Shown here piece by piece: positions 28,364 through 37,657 of a stretch of 63,319 nt of DNA. Position 1 is the stretch's first letter. Each line of letters opens with the position of its first letter. Source of the stretch: a virus. Its lineage: Duplodnaviria; Caudoviricetes. The notes under the pieces were generated by a model. The model saw only the letters and a list, made by a program, of their open reading frames with translations, was not told the DNA's origin and searched no databases. The stretch covers positions 1 through 63,319 of the IMG/VR virus record IMGVR_UViG_3300031232_000004. One strand, written 5' to 3'. The translations under genes and the position numbers were made by a program.

Positions 28364-30987
28364 TGTTCTTCCTTGCTTACTGGACCTGATATAACCTCGA
28401 TCTGATTAATACTAAAATTCCACCCCGGAGATCTAGTTAAGATTGCCACTACTACCGATCCTTTTTCAATGGCCTTAACAGAAGGTTCCATTGTTCCATC
28501 TTTCTGAGGCCATTTTACCACATCGCAGCTAAAACCGCAAGCATCAAGATGGAATACACGCATCTGCTTAGTCTTATTCTGATATGCCTTATCTTCAATA
28601 TCCACGACGTAGGCCAGTACACATACCCGGTATCCGTTATCGGGAACATAGTCGGTTTCAGATAACTCTTCAAACTGGACACCGCTAATAACAACGGCCT
28701 TTGTTGAGAACTCTTCGTTAGTTTTAAAATTGGTATAGGAATAGTTGTAATATAAAGATTCTTCTTCTTTAGTGATTTTAGAGTGTTGAACAAGCCCACG
28801 GAAATCAATACTGTAAACAGGTAAAGTTTTTTTAATTAGCTGGTAGCGCTCTAGTTCATTGGGGGACTTATATTTAGTTTTTGTGATAGATACCTTTCCC
28901 CCGGCCTTTTTACAGGCCGCTTTCAGTGCCTTTATATAAAAATCCATGATTTCTGGGATAGTATATTTGATATCGAACAGGGGGTCTAGGAGCCCGGCCG
29001 CAGCCAAGGTGTAAATAGTCCCTACAGTAATAGCTGACTTTCCCCACACATTGTTTTCAGCCGTTGCGATCCGGTGTTTTACAATCCCATCGGCTAAATC
29101 TTGAATATTACTATAGGGGGCATATTTACATAGTTGTACGTGGGCTGCTTCTCCAATACCATGTAAGAGTGACAAAGGGGCTTTGATCTTAGCCCCGGAA
29201 ATAGTAAAGTTATTCACCGGTTCTTTTAGGTTAGGGAGTTCAGTAAAGATGCCGCAATAGGGCCAGAACTTGGTGGGGATTTCAGTTTTCTTAGCGTTTT
29301 GGAGCACACCACACCACCACTCCAGGTTATAGTGGTGTTTCAGGTAGGCGCATGCGTAAGAGATAAAGGAATAGGCCGTTGCATGTGAACAATTGTGGGC
29401 AACAGCCCCATTCTCAAGGAGAAAATTATGGGTCTTGGGTATTTCCATATCCCAAACGGGCTGGATACAAAGGCTTCTTACATTAACTATTTTTTGTTGG
29501 ATCGAACAACCGTTTTTTTTCCTAATTTCTATATCGCCCTTGAAGATTAATTCTTTTAATTCAATCCACTCTTCATCATACAAAAATCTATGGTCTTCAG
29601 TAGCTACATCTTTACTCCCATCAAATAATTCCACCTCAAAAACTTCCTTACGACCCATCTCTTTTACCCACAGAGGATGGACATAAATAATACTACCGTC
29701 TTCTTGTAGAGTAGCTACAAGATCTTTTACGGTTACTTCTTTTATAGGAACATTGCCTCGAAGGGTTTTAATCTTTTGATCTTCATAGAGGCAGTTGAAA
29801 CCGTAGGCCGCCCAACTCACCAAAGAGGCCCATACCCCTTGGGCCTTTTCTTTACCAATCTTGGCCCCGGCCCGTTCCATAAAGAACTTATAGGCCGCGT
29901 CTACCTTTTCCTTTTTCTTTTTGGCTACATTGCCTCGAAACTCCTCCGCTTCCCCTCCTGTACACCCGGTAAGCTCCTGGTAAACCCTTTGTAGGGATTC
30001 TTGGAAGATCAAAATACCTTGGGTTTCTGGGACTAGTTCTTCTAGGATAGGTAGAATATCGGGGCTCTTGGGAAGCCCTTGAAGGCGTTTGGCGTATTCC
30101 ACTAAGGCATTATGTGTCCCCAACCCTTCCCCGTCCTGTACAATGTAATCAAGCGGCCCCGGCCGGTCTAGGGCTGTAAATTCGGCCATAGCCTGGATGC
30201 TGTTAATACCCGGGGTTCCGTCTGGCCGTGTAAAGTCAAAATACTTAAGCCATTTTTTGGCCGATGCAGTATTGAACTGAAAAACTGTTTCTGTAATACT
30301 TTTACTTACATCTTGGAATACGGCGGGATCTTCTGGTAGGAGCCAAATATTTTTGATGCCTTGTTTGGTGGGGATTTCATCAAATGAAGACGTAGCCCTT
30401 TCATCCGGAGTCATATACCGTTCTCTAATCAGCCCCATACACGATTGAATATCGTTGATTTGATTGACTACTAGGAAGTCCATCTTAAGCCCACCAATAG
30501 CCTCGATATCAGGCCCGGTAAAGTCTGTGACCTTCCCGTCCTTAGTGGTGACAATTGGTGTGAAATCACCTACTGAACGATTAGATATTAGGAAGGCGCA
30601 AGCGTGTTTCCCCTTACTTCTAGGTAGAGATATGGCCATCTTTACCACGTCCCACTGCTTGGGGTATTTTTTGATAAACTCTTTTAAAGCTACATCTGTT
30701 TCGATAGATCCTTGGTGGAAGCCCTCGTCGTTCTCCCATCCTAGGATAAATTCAAGGTCATTCGCCCCTTGTGGGGCTACAGACATTTTCTTTGTTAAGG
30801 CGGCTACTTCTGGGGGGACGGCCCCAAACATGGCCCGGGTAACATCTAGGATGGCTGACTTAAGCTTTAGCGTTCCCACGGTAGATATCTGGGCATAATG
30901 CCCACTATACCTTTCCTCTAACCATCCTGGGAAGTATTTGGGGATGGTTCCCTCCTGAGACGATCTAGTGATTTTTGTAAACTTCAA
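28360..30987 (-). CDS. dnaE: DNA polymerase III alpha, C-terminal fragment (palm/fingers/HhH/OB) with cis mini-intein
   Basis: AQISTVGTL, GKHACAF, GGLKMDFL, TETVFQF, ALDRPGPL, GILIFQE, YGFN..SHATAY motifs. Confidence 0.92.
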   Translation of the reverse strand: MKFTKITRSSQEGTIPKYFPGWLEERYSGHYAQISTVGTLKLKSAILDVTRAMFGAVPPEVAALTKKMSVAPQGANDLEFILGWENDEGFHQGSIETDVALKEFIKKYPKQWDVVKMAISLPRSKGKHACAFLISNRSVGDFTPIVTTKDGKVTDFTGPDIEAIGGLKMDFLVVNQINDIQSCMGLIRERYMTPDERATSSFDEIPTKQGIKNIWLLPEDPAVFQDVSKSITETVFQFNTASAKKWLKYFDFTRPDGTPGINSIQAMAEFTALDRPGPLDYIVQDGEGLGTHNALVEYAKRLQGLPKSPDILPILEELVPETQGILIFQESLQRVYQELTGCTGGEAEEFRGNVAKKKKEKVDAAYKFFMERAGAKIGKEKAQGVWASLVSWAAYGFNCLYEDQKIKTLRGNVPIKEVTVKDLVATLQEDGSIIYVHPLWVKEMGRKEVFEVELFDGSKDVATEDHRFLYDEEWIELKELIFKGDIEIRKKNGCSIQQKIVNVRSLCIQPVWDMEIPKTHNFLLENGAVAHNCSHATAYSFISYACAYLKHHYNLEWWCGVLQNAKKTEIPTKFWPYCGIFTELPNLKEPVNNFTISGAKIKAPLSLLHGIGEAAHVQLCKYAPYSNIQDLADGIVKHRIATAENNVWGKSAITVGTIYTLAAAGLLDPLFDIKYTIPEIMDFYIKALKAACKKAGGKVSITKTKYKSPNELERYQLIKKTLPVYSIDFRGLVQHSKITKEEESLYYNYSYTNFKTNEEFSTKAVVISGVQFEELSETDYVPDNGYRVCVLAYVVDIEDKAYQNKTKQMRVFHLDACGFSCDVVKWPQKDGTMEPSVKAIEKGSVVVAILTRSPGWNFSINQIEVISGPVSKEEQ
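29392..29793 (-). mobile_element. Mini-intein (134 aa, no endonuclease) in DnaE
   Basis: YGFN|CLYEDQKI...ATEDHRF...HNFLLENGAVAHN|CSHATAY: C1, TxxH, terminal HN and +1 Cys all present. Confidence 0.92.
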
Positions 30988-31592
30988 TATTTAATTCCTT
31001 TTTGATCTAGGAGGCTTTTTAGATACCGATTTTGTTCCCCGAGGTAGGCCAGTTGCTTTTCCTGGGTTTGGTATTTTCTATATAGTTCCTGGCGAGTAGC
31101 ATACACCATTCTTAAGAATCTTTCCATACGAAATACTTCATATAATCTAGCGCGGGCTTCTTCTTGGGTAAGTTGGGCTATATATTCGGATTGGGATAGG
31201 CCGTCCGGGGGGTCGTATAACAATCCGGTATCATCGTTGGGGTTATAGAACTTAGCTTTAGGGAATCTCTTTCGGTATCGGGTGATAGGCATTCCCGAGG
31301 CACGGGCCATAAATTTCATATCTTCTATGCCCCAAGGCTTCTTCTTAGACCTTACCCAAAAATCCTCCAACATATCGATACCACATTCCCCTCCAAATTT
31401 ATTCAAGAGGAACTGGACGGCCTGGTTAGGCTGGAAGCATAGCCCCCGTTGCTTGTCGGACATGTCCAAGTATGTAGCATATAAGATACCGTCCTCTACA
31501 ATATAGGGACCTTTCTCGAAGTCGAGTTGGAGTTTTTTTATTTTATTGGGACGGGGCATTGTAAACTTATAGACCTCTCGCGTCCTTTCCAT
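30984..31592 (-). CDS. Hypothetical protein between the dnaE halves
   Basis: 202 aa, basic with C-terminal coiled coil; stop overlaps the dnaE-C start. Confidence 0.6.
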   Translation of the reverse strand: MERTREVYKFTMPRPNKIKKLQLDFEKGPYIVEDGILYATYLDMSDKQRGLCFQPNQAVQFLLNKFGGECGIDMLEDFWVRSKKKPWGIEDMKFMARASGMPITRYRKRFPKAKFYNPNDDTGLLYDPPDGLSQSEYIAQLTQEEARARLYEVFRMERFLRMVYATRQELYRKYQTQEKQLAYLGEQNRYLKSLLDQKGIKY

Positions 31593-31788
31593 TACATATA
31601 TGATTTACCAAACGCTTTAATATATTATCTAAAGCACTGTAATGATGCTGGATTTCAATCAAGTCATTAGCATCACACCCCTCGATGTCGGAATCTAGGT
31701 CAATACTATATTCTTCTAAGACCTTTAAGACCATCTGGAAGAGCTTTATCGGATCTTTTTCTTGTGGAGGGGTAGTCAGATCGATCAT
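31567..31788 (-). CDS. Hypothetical protein
   Basis: 73 aa with AGGAG RBS. Confidence 0.55.
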   Translation of the reverse strand: MIDLTTPPQEKDPIKLFQMVLKVLEEYSIDLDSDIEGCDANDLIEIQHHYSALDNILKRLVNHICNGKDARGL

Positions 31789-31801
31789 AGTGGCACTCTC
31801 C

Positions 31802-31978
31802 TTAAATAAGCCTTTTCAAAATATAAGAAAAGATGAAAAATACCAAAAAGCCCCCGGCAAGTCCACTGTACCAAATACAAAAACTGTGAAAGCTTAATCC
31901 TAATCCAAGAAAGGTACACAACACGAGGAGAGAAAAGACAGCTACCCCAATAGTAGAATATCCAATAATTTTAAACAT
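31802..31978 (-). CDS. Small 2-TM membrane protein
   Basis: Hydrophobic. Start probably MFKIIG at 31978 after GGA, rather than 32020. Confidence 0.5.
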   Translation of the reverse strand: MFKIIGYSTIGVAVFSLLVLCTFLGLGLSFHSFCIWYSGLAGGFLVFFIFSYILKRLI

Positions 31979-32207
31979 TAATATCCTTTCCATACAATTC
32001 TTCCCAAGTAAGACGCGCATCTAAACATTTTGAAATGATTTTAGAAACCTGATTCATAAGGGTGGTGACATTTCCACCAATAGGGGTAAGAACATATCCA
32101 AAGAGTTGGTAGGCGAGAGCCACCGATCTTTCATCTACCCCCGTCCTATTTACCGTTAATAGGTATTTTTGAGCACCTTTATAAACTTGGTACATATCTT
32201 CAGTCAT
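31971..32207 (-). CDS. Hypothetical protein
   Basis: 78 aa, G-rich RBS, directly downstream of a promoter. Confidence 0.55.
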   Translation of the reverse strand: MTEDMYQVYKGAQKYLLTVNRTGVDERSVALAYQLFGYVLTPIGGNVTTLMNQVSKIISKCLDARLTWEELYGKDINV

Positions 32208-32225
32208 CCTACCCCCTTCCCTTTC

Positions 32226-32254
32226 CTTATACTACCACCAAGGAGTGAAGTCAA
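32226..32254 (-). promoter_or_regulatory. Sigma70-type promoter at the 3' end of dnaE-N, driving the intervening genes and dnaE-C
   Basis: Minus strand TTGACT-N17-TATAAG. Confidence 0.55.
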
Positions 32255-33983
32255 GGCCTTTGTCTAGGGCTTCTTTAATGGGGTATACACCCACAGATGT
32301 TTCAATTTTAAAGTCTTCTGGGAGGATATGCTTAGACCCGTCCTCGGCCTCGACTTCAACTACATCACATTCGTAGCCTTCCAATAGGTCCCGGCTCCTA
32401 AGGTCTTGATCAATATCGGGGAACTTACCAGATTTGATACGGTCAATAGTCAAGAATCGGTCTAGGGATAGATTATTTAAAATAGGATCTACATGGGTGA
32501 TCCCTAAAAGATAAGCTAGTAGCAATCCCCCAGCCGACCCACGGCCTGGCCCAGTAAGGTTGCCTTGGTTACGATATAGACGACATACCTCTTCATCGAT
32601 CCATAGATAAGGTAGTAGGTCTACTACCCCGTTATCATGGAGTAATTTAATTTCCTGTCTCAACCTAGCCACGTACACGGGGTTTTTAGGCATACGTCCG
32701 TGTTTTAAGATAAGCTCTTTAGTATGGGCTAAGGTGTCTTTAGGGAAGAATTTGGTAGGGAGTTCTACCTTGGTGTCAAACTTAAAATCCTTAAAGCCTT
32801 GTAGCCAATCCTTAGAGTCTTGAATCCATTTCTCGAAAGTAGTCTGATCTACCCCCATCTCCTTGGAAAAGTAGTCCCAGGCTTGATCTGAGGTAATCCT
32901 ACAGTACGTTTCATGGAAACGCCACGATCCTGACTGGGCCAGTCTTACGTCCTGGACTACTTTGTATTCAGGTAGGGTGAAGTGGGCATCGTCTGAAATA
33001 AGTGTTCTTAACCCATACTTCTTAGCCAGCCCCATCATAAACTTGTTCACCCCCCATTGAAGATCTCCGTTGGGGGCGGCTGGGGAACATTCGTTTTGGA
33101 CAAATTCTTCTTTTAGTTCAACCCGTTCAATCTCTGCACCTACATCCTCCCACGTGTAGTAGTTTTTTACTGCGTCAAACTTCTTATACTTTTTATTTTT
33201 CCAGGTACGGCCCAGTTCTTCGGCCTTCATTTCCACGCCATCGATTTTTAGTGTCTTGTTAAAATAGTGGACGATAGGGTCTATACGACCAGCCACATAA
33301 ATAAACACACCCTGGACCCAGTTGTGGGTACATCGGTGGGGAAAGACTTCCACAAACATCTTTTGACCAAAGATTCCGTACAACCGATCAAAGTATGCCT
33401 TAGCTAGAGACACCTTAGTAGAACCGTCAATCTTATCTGAAATCAAATGCCTGGACGCCATTCCAATAAGACACCCCGACCCCAGGGTAACGTTCATACT
33501 CCCTAGTTCCTCCATATCCCCCCAACCAAAAAGAGGCTTACGTTCCTTTCCATGGAGTTCGGCCCTAGCATCGGCCTTGGACAATAACTTCACACCTTTC
33601 AGATAGGCGTCATAGTCCTGGAAGTGTATGGTAGTGTGGTAGTATTTATTATAATCGATATAAGTACCGTCGGGGTTATAAGATAACCATTCCTCCTTGT
33701 TAGATCCCTTTGGTACAGTCCCCGTCTTGGGGATATTGTGCTTAGTCAGGATAGGGCATTTATCATCCCTGAAATAGGCCTCTAGCCCTAGGACGGGGAT
33801 CAGCCCATTCTTTTTGGCTAAGTCGTATATTTTATATGTAGCCCCTAAAGACCCATGATCGGTACAGGTAATTCCACCGGTTCCAAGTTCCTTTTCTAAC
33901 TTGGCAAAGGATTTAGGGGTGGAAGCTGAGTCTAGGGATTGTGGATGGCAATGCGGGGTAACGAAGTTTTGGAACTTAGACAT
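32232..33983 (-). CDS. dnaE: DNA polymerase III alpha, N-terminal fragment (PHP + start of palm) with a Hint-like tail
   Basis: HCHPQSLDS, TDHG, GLEAY, DDAH (PHP); GPGRGSAGGLLLAYLLGITHVDP; RFL; PDIDQD catalytic Asp pair; ends shortly after. Confidence 0.92.
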   Translation of the reverse strand: MSKFQNFVTPHCHPQSLDSASTPKSFAKLEKELGTGGITCTDHGSLGATYKIYDLAKKNGLIPVLGLEAYFRDDKCPILTKHNIPKTGTVPKGSNKEEWLSYNPDGTYIDYNKYYHTTIHFQDYDAYLKGVKLLSKADARAELHGKERKPLFGWGDMEELGSMNVTLGSGCLIGMASRHLISDKIDGSTKVSLAKAYFDRLYGIFGQKMFVEVFPHRCTHNWVQGVFIYVAGRIDPIVHYFNKTLKIDGVEMKAEELGRTWKNKKYKKFDAVKNYYTWEDVGAEIERVELKEEFVQNECSPAAPNGDLQWGVNKFMMGLAKKYGLRTLISDDAHFTLPEYKVVQDVRLAQSGSWRFHETYCRITSDQAWDYFSKEMGVDQTTFEKWIQDSKDWLQGFKDFKFDTKVELPTKFFPKDTLAHTKELILKHGRMPKNPVYVARLRQEIKLLHDNGVVDLLPYLWIDEEVCRLYRNQGNLTGPGRGSAGGLLLAYLLGITHVDPILNNLSLDRFLTIDRIKSGKFPDIDQDLRSRDLLEGYECDVVEVEAEDGSKHILPEDFKIETSVGVYPIKEALDKGLDFTPWW

Positions 33984-33984
33984 A

Positions 33985-34188
33985 CTATTCTTTTAGCATA
34001 CCTAGTAAAGAAGTTTCAATGTCTATCTTATCTTTAAGAGCCTTATCGTAAGCTTCTTGTGCCCTAGCCATTTCCTTCTTGGCCCCCTCTAAAACGCCAT
34101 AGGTTAGAGTTAGGGCGTTTAAGGAACGGTCGTACCTAGCTACCTTATGAATAAAATCTTTGAGTTTGTTGGTCGTGGCATCGGTCAT
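33985..34188 (-). CDS. Hypothetical coiled-coil protein
   Basis: 67 aa with AAGGAG RBS. Confidence 0.6.
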   Translation of the reverse strand: MTDATTNKLKDFIHKVARYDRSLNALTLTYGVLEGAKKEMARAQEAYDKALKDKIDIETSLLGMLKE

Positions 34189-34209
34189 ATTTGGCTCCTT
34201 TATATAAAC

Positions 34210-34449
34210 TTACCATAAAGGATCTTTGAAGTCAAACAATTCCATCGTATTCCGGATCTTGATAACGATACCATCGTACAAACTATTATACTCCTCAACG
34301 GTAATATCTAAGGCTTTAGCCGCTATATGATCTGGTACCCCATCCGGGTACCGTACACATAGAATGTCTAAAGAGTTTTGGAACCGTTTAAGGGCTATAT
34401 AATCCGGAGAGTCTTTAAGTAAATTTGTTGGGACTAAATGTTCATCCAT
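34210..34449 (-). CDS. Small HTH protein resembling sigma region 4
   Basis: YPDGVPDHIAAKALDITVEEYNSLYDGIVIKIR resembles the sigma-4.2 HTH pattern. Confidence 0.45.
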   Translation of the reverse strand: MDEHLVPTNLLKDSPDYIALKRFQNSLDILCVRYPDGVPDHIAAKALDITVEEYNSLYDGIVIKIRNTMELFDFKDPLW

Positions 34450-34838
34450 GGGCCATCCAATCTATTGTTAAGGCATTTTTCGAGCAGCGCGGTGTAGGCT
34501 AGGTATCCAGTATGTAAGGAATCTTTTATTTTTAGGAGGGAGCCCTTTTTTTGTTTGTTTGTTTCTAGGGCTATTTGTAAATCTTCTATTCGTTTTCTTA
34601 CCTTAAAAAGGTCGTTTTTACACGTAACATAGGTAAAAATTGGGATCACAGGTAAGGATAAGACACCCTTGAGAGAAATCAGGATCGACGCTTCTTCTTT
34701 ACGAAGGGTATCGGCTTGATCTAATATTTTTCCAATAATGTCCTCGATCTGAAGGATTGATATAGAACACCCCTTTTGGTCTTCATGTATTTTAGCCAGT
34801 TCGGATTGAATTTCTGGATATAGCATATTATAAGCCAC
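34434..34838 (-). CDS. Hypothetical coiled-coil protein
   Basis: 134 aa, coupled to its neighbours. Confidence 0.55.
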   Translation of the reverse strand: MAYNMLYPEIQSELAKIHEDQKGCSISILQIEDIIGKILDQADTLRKEEASILISLKGVLSLPVIPIFTYVTCKNDLFKVRKRIEDLQIALETNKQKKGSLLKIKDSLHTGYLAYTALLEKCLNNRLDGPWMNI

Positions 34839-35922
34839 TATACGGGGTTATGATGTTTTTAGATACACCTTTTTCGGCCCCGTCCACATTTATATACCGA
34901 AGATCTCCAACAACATGCCCTGGGACTGATTCAAAGAGGTATTGACCACAGCTTGAGTCCGGAGAACCAATAGATATAGCAAAAGGATCTGGAGGTACTA
35001 GACACCCATTGGTGATACACGTAACCCCTCCAGACATGTGGGTTACCGAACCAAAATGGACGTGACCACACACAAATAATTTAAAAGGCCCCCCAACGTC
35101 CCTAGCATTGTTCCAACGCATAGCTTGCTGAGTCAATAGGTTAACATTAATAGATTTTCCAGGATATCCCGGCTTAAACACGGTATCACCGTGGGTAAAA
35201 AACCCTTTAGAATCAAAAAGTTGGACGGTATAGTAGGGTCTCTTCGAAATATCGAATTTTACGTTTTTGACTCCGGTAGCCAGGACGGCCTTTTTGACCG
35301 AGAAATAAACCATTGTTTCTATGGCGTCCCATTTCTGGTGGACGGCCCGGTCCGGGTGACGGTCTTTATTTCGTCCATGGTTGCCTGGGGTACAAAATAT
35401 GGATACGCGGGGGTACTCCCCAGCCCAGAACAAAATTAGTTCTACCAGGTAATGGACTGCCGCTGCAAATTGTTCCGCCATAGGAGCCCCATCCCGAGCG
35501 TCGTGGAGCTGCCCTTGGATAATATCCCCTAGTAGGTGTACAAATAGGGAGCTATCCTTCCGGTAATGGGTTTTATAATCGGCTACCGTAGTGGCTACTT
35601 TTTCTAACCGCATAGATTCGGTAATTTGATTATAACCCACAGGACATTCATGGGGATCTAAAAGGGATTGGAAGTGGGTATCACTAATGACGACGTTATG
35701 GATTCGGGACGGGTTACCTTTCTTTCCTTTATATAAAGGGGTTTTAGCCCATCCCCTAGGGAAGGCCCTGGATAAGGAGCCTTCCAGGAGCCTAATGAAT
35801 GATTCTTCCCTAGCGAATTGGGTGACCAGTTTTGAATTAACCGACTTTACTAATCTTGAGTCTCCTTTTACAATTTCTTGAACAATAGCTTCTCGGAATG
35901 ATTGTTTAAAGTCGGTTATCAT
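34828..35922 (-). CDS. Calcineurin-like metallophosphoesterase
   Basis: SDTH, GDII, GNHG, HGD, GHVH motifs. Confidence 0.85.
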   Translation of the reverse strand: MITDFKQSFREAIVQEIVKGDSRLVKSVNSKLVTQFAREESFIRLLEGSLSRAFPRGWAKTPLYKGKKGNPSRIHNVVISDTHFQSLLDPHECPVGYNQITESMRLEKVATTVADYKTHYRKDSSLFVHLLGDIIQGQLHDARDGAPMAEQFAAAVHYLVELILFWAGEYPRVSIFCTPGNHGRNKDRHPDRAVHQKWDAIETMVYFSVKKAVLATGVKNVKFDISKRPYYTVQLFDSKGFFTHGDTVFKPGYPGKSINVNLLTQQAMRWNNARDVGGPFKLFVCGHVHFGSVTHMSGGVTCITNGCLVPPDPFAISIGSPDSSCGQYLFESVPGHVVGDLRYINVDGAEKGVSKNIITPYSGL

Positions 35923-36152
35923 TATTTATACCTTATAGCTACACTATATCTTTTTCCTACTTGTAACGATTCAAACTCCCCAGAAGTTAAATCATTGCAA
36001 GAAAACGTAACACTTCTTTCACCCACCCCCTCTAAAACAACACTACGAATTTCTTTATATAAACCAAATTCAGGATCATATTCCTTATGATTAGAGATGG
36101 AGGTGATGATCATCTCAAAATCCACTTTAGTTAACCCCCTCCGTCCCCTCAA
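35922..36152 (-). CDS. Hypothetical protein (small OB-like); true start may be the internal MIITS
   Basis: Coupled ORF in the minus-strand run. Confidence 0.45.
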   Translation of the reverse strand: MRGRRGLTKVDFEMIITSISNHKEYDPEFGLYKEIRSVVLEGVGERSVTFSCNDLTSGEFESLQVGKRYSVAIRYK

Positions 36153-36708
36153 CCGGTTCCACCTTGTTCACATACACCCCCAGAAGATTTAAGGAGTCCC
36201 CGTTCTCTAGGAGTTTAGAAGCCCCAACATCTGTCCCCATAAGGAGGGATTGAATATCGGCCTTCAGTGTAGAGAAGGCTGTAACGACTACACCTGGTTC
36301 AAGGGAAATACCTTCCGAGGTAGTTTGAGTGAATTCAACAAAGCAGTGATCATTTTCCAGCTTTGGAACACTAACAATTTCTCCAGCTTCCAAAGCCTTA
36401 TCAATAGCCTCTTTCATTTTCCCGGCTTGGGATCGAAGTTCTACAATCTTATTGTTTCGAATTTTTTGGATGATACGATCTTTAATCGAGGTATCTCCAC
36501 CAACCCCTAAATCAGCCAAAACTTCAACCAGGATACCTATATATTCATCGATCCCCTTAACGTCTTGGGCGAGGGTATTTAGAGCATCTTCAACCCGATG
36601 GGATACAGTTTCAAGATTGAGACTGTTTTGTTCAACTGGGGATAGCACCCGGGTTGGATTGCCATCACTGTTTAATTTAATCTTCTTTTTTGGAGCGATC
36701 TTTTTCAT
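36127..36708 (-). CDS. Hypothetical protein
   Basis: 193-aa ORF with RBS. Confidence 0.6.
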   Translation of the reverse strand: MKKIAPKKKIKLNSDGNPTRVLSPVEQNSLNLETVSHRVEDALNTLAQDVKGIDEYIGILVEVLADLGVGGDTSIKDRIIQKIRNNKIVELRSQAGKMKEAIDKALEAGEIVSVPKLENDHCFVEFTQTTSEGISLEPGVVVTAFSTLKADIQSLLMGTDVGASKLLENGDSLNLLGVYVNKVEPVEGTEGVN

Positions 36709-36709
36709 T

Positions 36710-37630
36710 CTAAGCCTTTACCTCGTTGTTAATAAGAGCACTAAACCGGGACGGAGCCATATTCAGAGCGTTGGACGCTGAAGCTAAAGTAATACCAGCC
36801 ATTTCCCTAGCCGAAGGCATTGGAATACCACCATGTTGGGCAGCGTTTGGTTTAATATCTACAGGGGATTCGATTAGCTTTGTATAAACACCAGCGTTAT
36901 TCCACACCACTATATTTATACCGGGAACTTTTATAGCTTTACCTTCAGGGATTTGAGTTATAAAATCCCCAATCTTGGGGTTCTCGTAGAATTCATCTGT
37001 TCCGACCATTTGGACATGTCGAATAACAAACTTCACCCCATTTTTACTCACGGCTTGACCATCGGCTGGAATCTTGGTAATCCACTGGGGGGCCTCAGAA
37101 TCGGTTTGAGGAGCAGGCCGAGGGACCGGACGGGGTTGTTGAATGACAGGCTTTGGGGGTAGTGCTTGGACCACCGGGCGAGGCTGGGGGGCCGGGGCGG
37201 GGGCTTGTTTTTGCAAGCGTCCAGGCTTACGGGGCTTGGGTTGGGTGGTAGGTTTCTGGGGGGTACCCCCCGGCCTCTTTATTCCATTTTGAAGTGCCGT
37301 CTTTTCTTTAATTGTACGGACCAGGTTAGCTAAGATCTCCAACCCCTCTTCATCAAACACCTCTGCAAGTTGCTGTACTGATGCCCCCAACCCCATCAAG
37401 GTGTTAAGCCGCCCCATAGCCCACTCCCTAAACTCGGCTTCAACCTCGGACTCGATCTGGGTGGGGACATCCCCAAAAAGGCTATCCCCTAAAAAGGACT
37501 TATAACATTCAGCCTTAGCTAGACGCGCCTCAACCTCGGTAAACTCGGTAGCATTAGATACTTCTTCTGCGTAGTTTACCGTAGTCTGAGGAACCACGTT
37601 TTCAACAAAATCCCATTCCATATCAAGCAT
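36710..37630 (-). CDS. Hypothetical protein with Pro/Gln-rich linker (start probably MEWDF at 37621)
   Basis: 306-aa ORF; the first ATG overlaps the -10 box. Confidence 0.65.
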   Translation of the reverse strand: MLDMEWDFVENVVPQTTVNYAEEVSNATEFTEVEARLAKAECYKSFLGDSLFGDVPTQIESEVEAEFREWAMGRLNTLMGLGASVQQLAEVFDEEGLEILANLVRTIKEKTALQNGIKRPGGTPQKPTTQPKPRKPGRLQKQAPAPAPQPRPVVQALPPKPVIQQPRPVPRPAPQTDSEAPQWITKIPADGQAVSKNGVKFVIRHVQMVGTDEFYENPKIGDFITQIPEGKAIKVPGINIVVWNNAGVYTKLIESPVDIKPNAAQHGGIPMPSAREMAGITLASASNALNMAPSRFSALINNEVKA

Positions 37631-37657
37631 TATAGCTTATGTGACGGAGGATGTCAA
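37629..37657 (-). promoter_or_regulatory. Consensus sigma70 promoter
   Basis: Minus strand TTGACA-N17-TATAAT (perfect consensus). Confidence 0.8.

Noticed and set aside
30920-32380. Active split intein or group I intron joining the dnaE halves
   Set aside because: No block A, no TxxH His and no terminal Asn-Cys/Ser/Thr. The gap is filled with ORFs and a promoter and no intron core was recognised.
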